Shown in pieces: positions 45,573-55,061 of a stretch of 64,000 bases of DNA. The first letter of the stretch is position 1. Every line of letters starts with the position of its first letter. Both the position numbers and the translations under genes were made by a program. The DNA comes from Candidatus Poribacteria bacterium. GTDB taxonomy: Bacteria; Poribacteria; WGA-4E; WGA-3G. Where the stretch lies: contig CAXXUA010000003.1 in NCBI GenBank assembly GCA_963663765.2, forward strand, positions 480,001-544,000. The letters are read 5' to 3'. The notes beneath the pieces were generated by a model. The model was not told the DNA's origin. It did not search any database and was given only the letters and a program-made list of their open reading frames with translations.

Positions 45573-47014
45573 GGTGCTTGACGTTCAGGTAGTGGATCCA
45601 CTGTCCATGCCATCCGATGGATAAGCCTTTCCTGCATTTCCAGTTTCACATCTTTGTAATCCGAGTGATCCCAAAGGTTGTGTGTCTCTTTCGGATCTTC
45701 TGTTAAATCGTAAAGTTCACCACCACCAGTACCATGTGCTACAACTAACTTATACCTTTCATTTCTAACCATTGTCGCATTCGCTGCGGGTTCATGGTGC
45801 CATAGCATCGCATTGTAATATTCACAATATACATCTTCACGATGCGAATCCAAACTCTTTTCACCTGTTAGCAGTGGCAGAAGACTCTGCCCCTGCATAC
45901 CAGGACAACGATCTACACCGCATGCTTCCAATAGTGTGGGTGCCAAATCCACGAGTTCTACGAGAGCATCTGAACGCGCGCCAGTGTTCAACATTCCCGG
46001 TGTTGAGATAATCAACGGAACGCGTATAGCAGGTTCATAAAAATAAGGTCCCTTCAGATAAATGCCGTGATCACCAAGCATCTCTCCGTGGTCTGATGTA
46101 AAGATAACAATTGTGTTTTCACGTTGTCCTGTTTCCTCCAAAAAGTTGAGTAATCTTCCAATCTGTGTGTCAATAACATCAATCATTGCCCAATATGCTG
46201 CTGTCACCCAACGGTGGTCTGATTCGTTCATCTCTTGGAAACGGAATCCAGACCCACCACCATACGCACCATTGTGATCAATCTGTTGCCAAATCGGTTT
46301 GTTTGCAAGTTCTCCATCAACAAAATTCGGTAACGGAATATCGTCTAACTTCTCGCGGTATCGTTCTAACGCATCCATTGGTGGATCAAACGCATGGTGT
46401 GGGTCAAACATATTCATCGAAAAAAGCCACGGTTGCTTAAATCGTGACGCATTGTCAATAAACGACATCGCGCGTTCAACACTCCACGTCGTTTGGCTAT
46501 GTTCCTCCGATGGTATCACTCGCACATGTTTTGAATCACCGAAAGGTCTACTATCTCGACGTAACCATTTATCCGAAAGCCATTGAATATAATCGTGTGT
46601 AGGCCAAGCATCAGCGGGATCGTGTGACCAGAAAAACTGATCATAACCATCGTCAATTCGTTGCTCAGTACCTTTACATACGCGTGGATTGCACGGTGCA
46701 AGGTGCAGTTTCCCTGCTAATCCACATACATAACCAGCATCTTGCAGGAGTTTCGTAACAAGCACTTCGTCCGATGGAATCATCTGACCATTTTGCCGAC
46801 AACGTGTCGTACGCGGGTAACGTCCAGTGAGGAAACTTGCTCGACTCGGTGTACAAACAGGACTTTGCGAGTAAACATGTTCAAATAGAACACCTTCCTG
46901 AGCAAGATTGTCTAAATTTGGGGTTTGAACAAAAGGGTTTCCGTAGCATCCAAGGGTGTCATATCTTTGTTGGTCGCTACATATCCAAAGTATATTGGGA
47001 GGTTTTTCAGGCAT
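45566..47014 (-). CDS. Sulfatase
   Basis: PNILWICSDQQR, CTPSR, GKLH, SDHGE. Confidence 0.93.
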   Translation of the reverse strand: MPEKPPNILWICSDQQRYDTLGCYGNPFVQTPNLDNLAQEGVLFEHVYSQSPVCTPSRASFLTGRYPRTTRCRQNGQMIPSDEVLVTKLLQDAGYVCGLAGKLHLAPCNPRVCKGTEQRIDDGYDQFFWSHDPADAWPTHDYIQWLSDKWLRRDSRPFGDSKHVRVIPSEEHSQTTWSVERAMSFIDNASRFKQPWLFSMNMFDPHHAFDPPMDALERYREKLDDIPLPNFVDGELANKPIWQQIDHNGAYGGGSGFRFQEMNESDHRWVTAAYWAMIDVIDTQIGRLLNFLEETGQRENTIVIFTSDHGEMLGDHGIYLKGPYFYEPAIRVPLIISTPGMLNTGARSDALVELVDLAPTLLEACGVDRCPGMQGQSLLPLLTGEKSLDSHREDVYCEYYNAMLWHHEPAANATMVRNERYKLVVAHGTGGGELYDLTEDPKETHNLWDHSDYKDVKLEMQERLIHRMAWTVDPLPERQAPW

Positions 47015-47110
47015 AGTTCTCTGTACTCTTGTTCTGATTTTTCTGCATTATAGATGTATCTGCATTATAGACGTATGTTAAAAAGAAGTCAACCAATGAT
47101 ATTTGATTGC

Positions 47111-47499
47111 TAGGGTTATTCAGTTTTCAATTTATTGAGTAAATTCTATCACAGTCGTTAATCCCTGAGTTAGCTTATACTTGTGGAGTTAACTCATTCT
47201 TTGTCTGAACCAGGATTTAATGAAGATTAAAAAAATAATTAGGTAATTTTATCTAACCTACCCTGGTAGTCGTGCTTTGTAAGCGCGCTGGTACATCAAG
47301 TCCCAAGAGCGCGCTTACAAAGCACGACTACCGTATGAGAAATATTTATTACCCAATTAATAAATTAATAAATTAATCTTCATCAAATCCTTGTTCAGAC
47401 AATAAATATGAATACCACAAAAATACCTATACATATTTCACTAATCTTAACCCAAAGTTAACTGGTATAACGATAGATTCTTAAAACTGAATAACCCTG
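47111..47499. mobile_element. CAGGGTTATT-family MITE with a nested REP-pair element
   Basis: TIRs; 9-bp TSD TTTGATTGC/TTTGATGGC; homologous to 23082-23413 with a different interior. Confidence 0.85.
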
Positions 47500-47774
47500 T
47501 TTGATGGCAGTGGTTAATTATGGATTATTATGGTATTAATTACACACTTGCACAGGAAGAAGTGACCACTTGGTCGCAACCGTCCCCTGAGTGGTAGGAG
47601 CGACCCGGGCAAAGCCAAAAGGCATTCATTCCGTTGAGTTCTTGAGTTCTTGATTTGGTGCTTTGTAAACGCGCTGGTATGTCAAAACCCAAAGGGTATC
47701 TATTGATTATCTATTGGAAATTCCAATAAACAGACATTCAAAAAACTACAAAAACTACAAGAATTCATATATAA

Positions 47775-47894
47775 TAGGACTTACGCAATTTTCATAAATA
47801 ATCAAGAAATATGGCAAGAATGATGTAATTTTAGTATTTTTTCGGTTTCCAGCGCGCTTACAAAGCACGCCTACCATTTAATGCGTAAGTCCTG
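47775..47894. mobile_element. IS701-type MITE
   Basis: TAGGACTTACGCA / TGCGTAAGTCCTG; 5-bp TSD TATAA. Confidence 0.88.
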
Positions 47895-48053
47895 TATAAT
47901 ATATACAAAAGAAAAGCACAAAAAAATACTTTGCAAAACCAACAACATCGGTAGGTTCGGTTACCTAACCAACCATCGGAGTTGTAGCAACTTGAGTTAT
48001 ACAGTACATCCGTTATCATAAAAATAGTACACCCGTTATCATAAAAAGGTAAT

Positions 48054-49262
48054 ATGATCATGAATGTTCAGAACTATACTTTCACTGTTTTCCTAAGTCT
48101 GGTTGTATCAGTAGTTTGTCTCGTCGGTTGTGAAAATATTCCAACTGAAGTTATCACCACTTCACCCTCCCATAAAGTTGCTGTTGCAGCTATCACGGCA
48201 ATTGATGAGAGTAATCTGACAGGAACTGCCACATTCACCGAAACTGTAAATGGCATTCACACCGTAATTGAGATTCAGAATGCTGTACCCGGTCTGCATG
48301 CAACACACCTACATATCGGAAGCTGTACTGACATAGGACCGCACTGGCACCCTATGAATGTTCCCGCAGGTACCGTCGGGACACCGGTCGCCGAAGCAAC
48401 GTCTGATACTCCACCTATCGGCATCGGAGAAATCGGAAACATACCTGTTGACGATGATGGAACAGGAGTTTTAGAATTTACAACACAACTATGGTCAATC
48501 GGTACCGATACCAACACTGATATACTCGGAAAATTGATACTCATACACGAAACAGGTGATACCTTCCGTACTAACCCTCACATACATCATACTACGATAC
48601 CAAACATTGATGTAAACACAGCTGCACATTCCCACATGGGACAAATACAGACAGGTTCGGAGAAATCACAACCCACCAATGCTTGTACATTGGCAGTACT
48701 TGGACAGCAAATTGATTTAGAGGTAGACCACCATCTTCGCGGTGAAGAGACGAGTGCACACAGTCATGATCTGTTGGAACTGCTGCTACAATGTTTTTTA
48801 AGTCCCACACAACTGTTAGATCCTGCAATTTTTTCTGTGATTCCAATTACAGGTTCGCAAGAACATCAAGACTTTCTAAACATTGAACCCAAAAGTTTGG
48901 CTGCATATCACGAATTCCTTATCTCTATAGGAATACCTGTTGATCCAAATTTCTTTACAAATCAATATACAAAATCCTTCCCTACTGACAAGCCTGAGGC
49001 GTATGAAAAACAGATGCAAGATAGATTAACGCATCTCTACATTACATCACAGATAAACTTTGACGGTAATGTAGACGCAGCGGGTTATAACCTACTCCTT
49101 ACCATGTTTTTGGATGATCGCACTACGGCTTGGGTATTAGGTCATTTTCAAGGAGATGATACAGCATTTGGTGAGTGGATTGTTAATGTGCTTGAGAACA
49201 CGCAGGTGAGACCCGGCGGTGGTTCTCGTATTGGTTGTGGTGAGATTAGTCTATTAGAATAA
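48054..49262 (+). CDS. Cu/Zn superoxide dismutase-like lipoprotein with large internal insertion
   Basis: LVGC lipobox; GLHATHLH, SC..GPHW, GEIGNI, ILGKLILIHE; terminal GGGSRIGCGEI about 215 aa later. Confidence 0.78.
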   Translation: MIMNVQNYTFTVFLSLVVSVVCLVGCENIPTEVITTSPSHKVAVAAITAIDESNLTGTATFTETVNGIHTVIEIQNAVPGLHATHLHIGSCTDIGPHWHPMNVPAGTVGTPVAEATSDTPPIGIGEIGNIPVDDDGTGVLEFTTQLWSIGTDTNTDILGKLILIHETGDTFRTNPHIHHTTIPNIDVNTAAHSHMGQIQTGSEKSQPTNACTLAVLGQQIDLEVDHHLRGEETSAHSHDLLELLLQCFLSPTQLLDPAIFSVIPITGSQEHQDFLNIEPKSLAAYHEFLISIGIPVDPNFFTNQYTKSFPTDKPEAYEKQMQDRLTHLYITSQINFDGNVDAAGYNLLLTMFLDDRTTAWVLGHFQGDDTAFGEWIVNVLENTQVRPGGGSRIGCGEISLLE

Positions 49263-49519
49263 ACCCGTTATGTGATGTCTTTACAACAACTGATAGACAC
49301 CGATATATCTCTCAGCAACATCCAGGATATCTGGAAGTTGCCGAGAGTTTTACATGCGCGTTCAAAGTTTTGTAGTGTCTCATATATAATTCTCTCATTT
49401 AGATATTCCACTTTTATTGCTTTTGAAGGTCTCTCTTCGGTAGGAGCGACCTACCGGTAATGATTTTCTCAGGTAACAACAAAAATATCTGAAACTAATT
49501 TAACCTTGTCTAATTCAAT

Positions 49520-50269
49520 GGGTGTGTAAAGTTTTTGCACAATCATTCCACTCTCCATTGTAGACGGTCGCGACCAGGAGGTCGCTCCTACCACCAAGAT
49601 GTATGGGAACTCAAACTATGCCGTTCCTACGGAACTAAAGAGAGGGGATGTGATATCGTCTTTCTATAAACATTGCGTCCCTACGGGACTAAAGACACGG
49701 ACAAGATGGCAACACATAAAATTAACGTCATAGCAAAAAATCATCAAGAATACCTAAAACAAATTAACCTTGTCTAATTGGGTGTGTAAAGTTTTTGCAC
49801 AAACATCCCACTCTCCATTGTAGACGGTCGCGACCAGGAGGTCGCTCCTACCACCAAGATGTATGGGAACTCAAACTATGTCGTTCCTACGGAAATAAAG
49901 AGAGGGGATGTGATAACGTCTTTCTATAAACATTGCGTCCCTACGGGACTAAAGATACGGACAAGATGGCAACACATAAAATTAACGTCATAGCAAAAAA
50001 TCATCAAGAATAATTAAAACAAATTAACCTTGACTAATTGGGTGTGTAAAGTTTTTGCACAAACATCCCACTCTCCATTGTAGACGGTCGCGACCAGGAG
50101 GTCGCTCCTACCACCAAGTTTTTGCACAAACATCCCACTCTCCATTGTAGACGGTCGCGACCAGGAGGTCGCTCCTACCACCAAGATGTATGGGAACTCA
50201 AACTATGCCGTTCCTACGGGACTAAAGAGAACAAAAGTTAGAACCTCTGTGCAAAAACTTTACACACCC
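49520..50269. mobile_element. GGGTGTGTAAAGTTTTTGCAC-ended MITE with internally amplified ~260-bp units
   Basis: TIR closes at 50269; CTAATTCAA on both flanks; left end repeated at 49779 and 50040. Confidence 0.82.
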
Positions 50270-50285
50270 CTAATTCAAAATATGC

Positions 50286-50315
50286 TTGCACGAAATTAGC
50301 ACTACCGTGTATAAT
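50286..50315 (+). promoter_or_regulatory. Putative sigma70 promoter
   Basis: TTGCAC-18 bp-TATAAT upstream of 50377. Confidence 0.5.
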
Positions 50316-50376
50316 AATAATAAAACCATAAACAACAATGCATTATTTCATAAACTTACAAGGGTAACATCTCATT

Positions 50377-52701
50377 ATGTTTGAAAAACTCATGAAGTAC
50401 CCGATTGATGTGTTTCGGGAAGGAGACTTCTCGTTCGGATTACCAATCCCGGGACTTCTCGTATTTGTCCTCATGGTCTCCCTCGTCGCAGCAACCATTT
50501 GGGCTTACAAAACAACAAAAGGAAGATCAGGACGAGTATTACGTGGATTTCTCATCGTACTTCGCACAATTGTCCTCTGTGTCCTCGCCTTCTGTTTACT
50601 CAAACCGTTCCTCACAATATACCAAAACAACCCCGATGATTCTTACCTATTAGTGATGGTAGATAAATCCAAGAGTATGCAGATTACAGACTCTGAAGAT
50701 GGAGAATCCAGACTGAATCGAACAAATAAACTGCTTTTCGGTGAAAACAGCGAGGATGGCGATGCTCTCCTGAACAAATTGGATGCTAACAAATTCAAGG
50801 TCAGACTATTTGAGTTTGACTCCGAAGCAAAACGCATACCTAATGAGACTATACCAAACGCTGATGGAGAAAACACAAATATCCCTAAAGTTGTGAATGA
50901 CGCATTGGATGACTTGCAGGGTATACCTCTCTCCGGTATAGTACTTCTCACTGATGGTGTGGACCGCAGCGGCACAGACATACAAAAACTTGTCATGCAA
51001 GCCAGAGAAAGAAAAGCACCTATACATACTGTCGGCATCGGTGCAGAAACAGGTGTACCAGACATAGAATTGGTTAAGGTAGATGTTCCACGAACCGCAG
51101 AAGAAGATTTTCCAGTTGAAATTACAGCAACTGTCAGACGCACTGGAGACGCAGAAAAGTATGCTACTCTACAACTCATCTCGGATGGTCGCATCATTGA
51201 AACCATACCCGTTACATTTGATAATGACACTGTAAGAGTCCCGCTCAAATTTATACCACGTCAACCCGGTACTAAAAAATATGAAGTACAAGTTCTACCC
51301 GAAGCAGCTGAAGCAATTCCACAAAACAACAACAAAACCTTCATCCTGAAAGTTAACCCCACCCAGCGCGTAAAAGTGCTTTTTGTAAGCAGACCCAGTG
51401 CAGAATTCAAACATATCAAACGCGCATTGATAGATGATCCAAACATCATCCTTACCGATAGATATAAAACAAGCGAACAAAGTTTTGGTGGTACACAAAC
51501 TGCCGCAACACAGGAATTCAGTTTTTATCCAGATACCAAGGATATTCTCTTTGATTTCGACGCTATCATTATTGGAAACATACCCGCATCCGAATTCACA
51601 CACACACAACTTGAAAACACAGTGGAATTCGTCAGGACACGCGGTGGGGGATTCTTGATGTTAGGTGGAACATATTCTATAGGAAATTCAAATACAGCAG
51701 GTTCATATCTAAACACACCGATCGCCGATTTACTTCCAGTCGAATTGGAAATAGGTGAACCAACCAAACCGGTCTCAAGATACCTAACACCTTCCCAGAT
51801 TCCTCCTCCAAATTCGTTCAAACTAACACTAACAACTGAAGGAAAATCTGAACCTTTAATGAAACTCGCTGATAGTCCTACCGAAAACCAAAGACGTTGG
51901 GATGAAATGCCGGAAGTTTTCAGCTACAGCAAAGTAAAACGCGCAAAAGCAGGTGCAACCGTCCTCGCAGAACACCCCACTGATACCAATGAATTTGGTA
52001 AACGCATCCTCATCGCTACACACAATTTTAACGCGGGACGAGTTATGGCATTCACCCCACACAATTCCTCCCGATGGAAAACAAGCCTAAATAGCGACAT
52101 CGACTCACACTATCGGTTCTGGCGACAGACTGCAAAATGGTTGACTACTGCACCGAAATCCGCTATAAGACTTGACATCGCTAAAACAGAATATACTTTG
52201 AAGGAACCCGTTACAATTGAGGTAACCGCAACTGACGAAAACTTTGAACCAACAAATGACGCAAAGTTGAGAGCAATCGTCGTAGATGAAAAAGGTACAC
52301 GCAAGGAACTCCTACTTGAACAGGTGTTAGGGAAAGATGGAAATTACACAGCTCGACTTGTCCCAGGACAATTTGGTGAATATACCGTCACTGCAACCGG
52401 AACACTCAACGGTAAAGACCTCGGTAAACAACAAGCAATCTTTGAGGTTAAGTCCTCTAATGCAGAGTTCAGCGATGCATCCCTTAACGTCACTCTACTA
52501 ACAAACCTCGCGAATATGAGCGGTGGTAAATACTACCCCATCGAACAAGCTAACCAGTTGGTGAACCAAATCGCGCTCGTTGAAAGTGCAACATCAGAAA
52601 TTACCGATGTTGACATCTGGGACCTACCTCTGATTTTTGCACTAATCATGATGTTCCTCTGTCTTGAATGGTTCATCAGAAAACGTGCAGGACTGGTGTA
52701 A
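50377..52701 (+). CDS. Membrane protein with vWA (MIDAS) and GATase-like domains
   Basis: N-terminal TMs, DKSKSM MIDAS, LLTDG, EFVRTRGGGFLMLGG, C-terminal LCLEWFIRKRAGL. Confidence 0.85.
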   Translation: MFEKLMKYPIDVFREGDFSFGLPIPGLLVFVLMVSLVAATIWAYKTTKGRSGRVLRGFLIVLRTIVLCVLAFCLLKPFLTIYQNNPDDSYLLVMVDKSKSMQITDSEDGESRLNRTNKLLFGENSEDGDALLNKLDANKFKVRLFEFDSEAKRIPNETIPNADGENTNIPKVVNDALDDLQGIPLSGIVLLTDGVDRSGTDIQKLVMQARERKAPIHTVGIGAETGVPDIELVKVDVPRTAEEDFPVEITATVRRTGDAEKYATLQLISDGRIIETIPVTFDNDTVRVPLKFIPRQPGTKKYEVQVLPEAAEAIPQNNNKTFILKVNPTQRVKVLFVSRPSAEFKHIKRALIDDPNIILTDRYKTSEQSFGGTQTAATQEFSFYPDTKDILFDFDAIIIGNIPASEFTHTQLENTVEFVRTRGGGFLMLGGTYSIGNSNTAGSYLNTPIADLLPVELEIGEPTKPVSRYLTPSQIPPPNSFKLTLTTEGKSEPLMKLADSPTENQRRWDEMPEVFSYSKVKRAKAGATVLAEHPTDTNEFGKRILIATHNFNAGRVMAFTPHNSSRWKTSLNSDIDSHYRFWRQTAKWLTTAPKSAIRLDIAKTEYTLKEPVTIEVTATDENFEPTNDAKLRAIVVDEKGTRKELLLEQVLGKDGNYTARLVPGQFGEYTVTATGTLNGKDLGKQQAIFEVKSSNAEFSDASLNVTLLTNLANMSGGKYYPIEQANQLVNQIALVESATSEITDVDIWDLPLIFALIMMFLCLEWFIRKRAGLV

Positions 52702-52855
52702 TCATCATACATGCGGAGGATGATTATGTTTGGGTATTGAGAAAGAAAATGCCCAAAATTATTGAAAAGGTAACACTGAAGCTGTGGGGTTTGTAGAAAA
52801 CACCAACCGTTTTTTTATTAGATTTTGCTACTGGTATGGCAACTTAGACTAAGTT

Positions 52856-53613
52856 ATACCATTTTCATGTGATAATGTCTCATTAGCAGCGGAAATCTGG
52901 TAGGAGTGACCTCACGGTCGCGACCGGCAAATCAACGGTATGAATGCCTTTTGGCATTCCCCGGTTCGCTCCTACCGAAGAGAGTAACCCCCTGCCAGTA
53001 AACAGTAGAATTCCTTAATCAATACCTTCGCCATTTTTGAGTGCTTCAGTTGAATGAGTATAATGTGTTGATCTACCATTGCTCTGTGATATTGTTAGGA
53101 TTACATAAATAAAAATAACTTCAGGTTTTCGTTGAAGTATTTTTATTTATCATAGCGTCTAATTTGACGATAGAATCTGACAGAATAATTTATATGCACA
53201 ATCTGGAAGAATGTGCTACAACTACACGCACAATCTGACAGAATGTCTATTATTGGCGAAGGTATTGCTTAATGAGACAAGATTTATTTGAGTTGGTATA
53301 ATACCATTTTCATATGATAATGTCTCATTAGCAGCGGAAATCTGGTAGGAGCGACCTCACGGTCGCGACCGGGAGGTCGCTCCTACCGAAGAGAGTAACC
53401 CCCTGCCAGTAAACAGTAGAATTCCTTAATGAGACAAGATTTATTTGAGTTGGTATTATAACATTTTCATGTGATAATGTCTCATTAGCAGCGGAAATCT
53501 GGTAGGAGTGACCTCACGGTCGCGACCGGGAGGTCGCTCCTACCAAAGAGAGTAACCCCCTGCCAGTAAACAGTAGAATTCCTTAATGAGACAAGATTTA
53601 TTTGAATTGGTAT
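52856..53613. mobile_element. Three tandem copies of the ATACC...GGTAT MITE
   Basis: Copies at 52856-53299 (with inserts), 53301-53456 and 53458-53613. Confidence 0.9.
53020..53267. mobile_element. Nested MITE with IS4-like CAATA ends
   Basis: Perfect 14-bp TIR CAATACCTTCGCCA / TGGCGAAGGTATTG; 6-bp TSD CTTAAT; empty site visible in the neighbouring copies. Confidence 0.88.
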
Positions 53614-53623
53614 TAGGAGAATT

Positions 53624-54982
53624 ATGCAAAATTCATATAAGAACGTCATGTTTGTCATTGCAGATGACTGGAGTCGTCTTGCAAGATGCTACGGAAATGA
53701 AGTCATCAGGACACCCCGAATAGATGAATTCGCTGAACGCGGAGTCGTTTTTGATTACGGTTTCTGCACAAGTCCATCCTGTGCAGTCAGCCGTGCATGT
53801 ATCCTCACCGGACAACATAGCCACACCCACGGACAATACGGACACTGCCACGGCATACACGGATTCCGCACACACGAACACATGCAATCAGTTCCAAAGA
53901 TACTAAAAACACATGGATTCACCACCGCGTGTATCGGTAAAAAACACGTTGAACCCTTTAACGTATACCCATTTGAATACGAACCCCAAGTTAACCCACG
54001 TAGTCCTGTAGCAGTCGCAGAAAAAATTGACGAATTCCTATCACAAAACACCGACAAACCTTTCTATCTACACATCGGCTGCACCTATCCACACAGAGCA
54101 GGAAAAGGTTTTGGGAATGAAAGAGAGCATGATGGAATCCAACCAGGTTCCTACACACCTGAAGAAATAATTGTCCCAAATTTCCTACCCGATGTCCCAG
54201 CAGTACGTGAAGACCTTGCGGACTATTACGAAAGTGTCTCAAGATGGGATGCTGTAGTCGGTGCAGCTTTAGATGCACTTGAGGCTTCTGGACGTGCAGA
54301 AAATACACTCGTCTTTGTCACAACCGACCATGCAATGCCTTTCCCCGGAGCAAAAGCATCCAGTTTTGACAGCGGACACCACTGTCCACTGCTCATTGCA
54401 AGTCCAACACAACAACGGCACGGACTGCGGAATCAGGCACTCGTCAATTGGGTTGATTTTGCTCCAACGATGTTAGACTGGTGCGGTGTTTCTCATCCTG
54501 ATGGACAAGATGCATTCCCCGGTAGATCATTACTCCCCATATTGGAAGACGATAGCCCTCACCCAGACAACAGACAATGGGAGGAAACATACTTCTCACA
54601 CTGCTTCCATGAAGTTACAAACTACTACCCATATCGTGTCCTACGTGGACGCAAATACAAATATGTTCGCAATTTGGCATATCAGTTGGAAACCCCGCTA
54701 CCAAGCGACCTATTCCGTTCCATTTCATGGACTGCTGTTCGCAACGACAACATACAGATGTTAGGAGATAGACCACGCGAAGATTTTGTACATCAAAGCC
54801 GAGAAGCACTCTTTGACATGCAAAACGACCCAGCAGAATCAAAAAACCTAATTCATGCACCAGAATTACAGGACATTGCAAACGAAATGCGACGAAAAGT
54901 CATGGAATTCAGACGTGAAACAAAAGACCCTTGGCTTGAGCAATCTTTTCAGGAAGGCGAAACACAACCTTTTTTCTCATAA
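53624..54982 (+). CDS. Sulfatase (N-sulfoglucosamine sulfohydrolase-like)
   Basis: VMFVIADD, TSPSCAVSRACILTG, GKKHV, DLADYY, TTDHAMPFPGAK. Confidence 0.9.
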   Translation: MQNSYKNVMFVIADDWSRLARCYGNEVIRTPRIDEFAERGVVFDYGFCTSPSCAVSRACILTGQHSHTHGQYGHCHGIHGFRTHEHMQSVPKILKTHGFTTACIGKKHVEPFNVYPFEYEPQVNPRSPVAVAEKIDEFLSQNTDKPFYLHIGCTYPHRAGKGFGNEREHDGIQPGSYTPEEIIVPNFLPDVPAVREDLADYYESVSRWDAVVGAALDALEASGRAENTLVFVTTDHAMPFPGAKASSFDSGHHCPLLIASPTQQRHGLRNQALVNWVDFAPTMLDWCGVSHPDGQDAFPGRSLLPILEDDSPHPDNRQWEETYFSHCFHEVTNYYPYRVLRGRKYKYVRNLAYQLETPLPSDLFRSISWTAVRNDNIQMLGDRPREDFVHQSREALFDMQNDPAESKNLIHAPELQDIANEMRRKVMEFRRETKDPWLEQSFQEGETQPFFS

Positions 54983-55061
54983 GCACCACCCCCATCTTAA
55001 CTGAAAGAGAAAAGTTGAACTGTGTTGAAAATGAAATTCCACCACAAATGGAGATTATACA

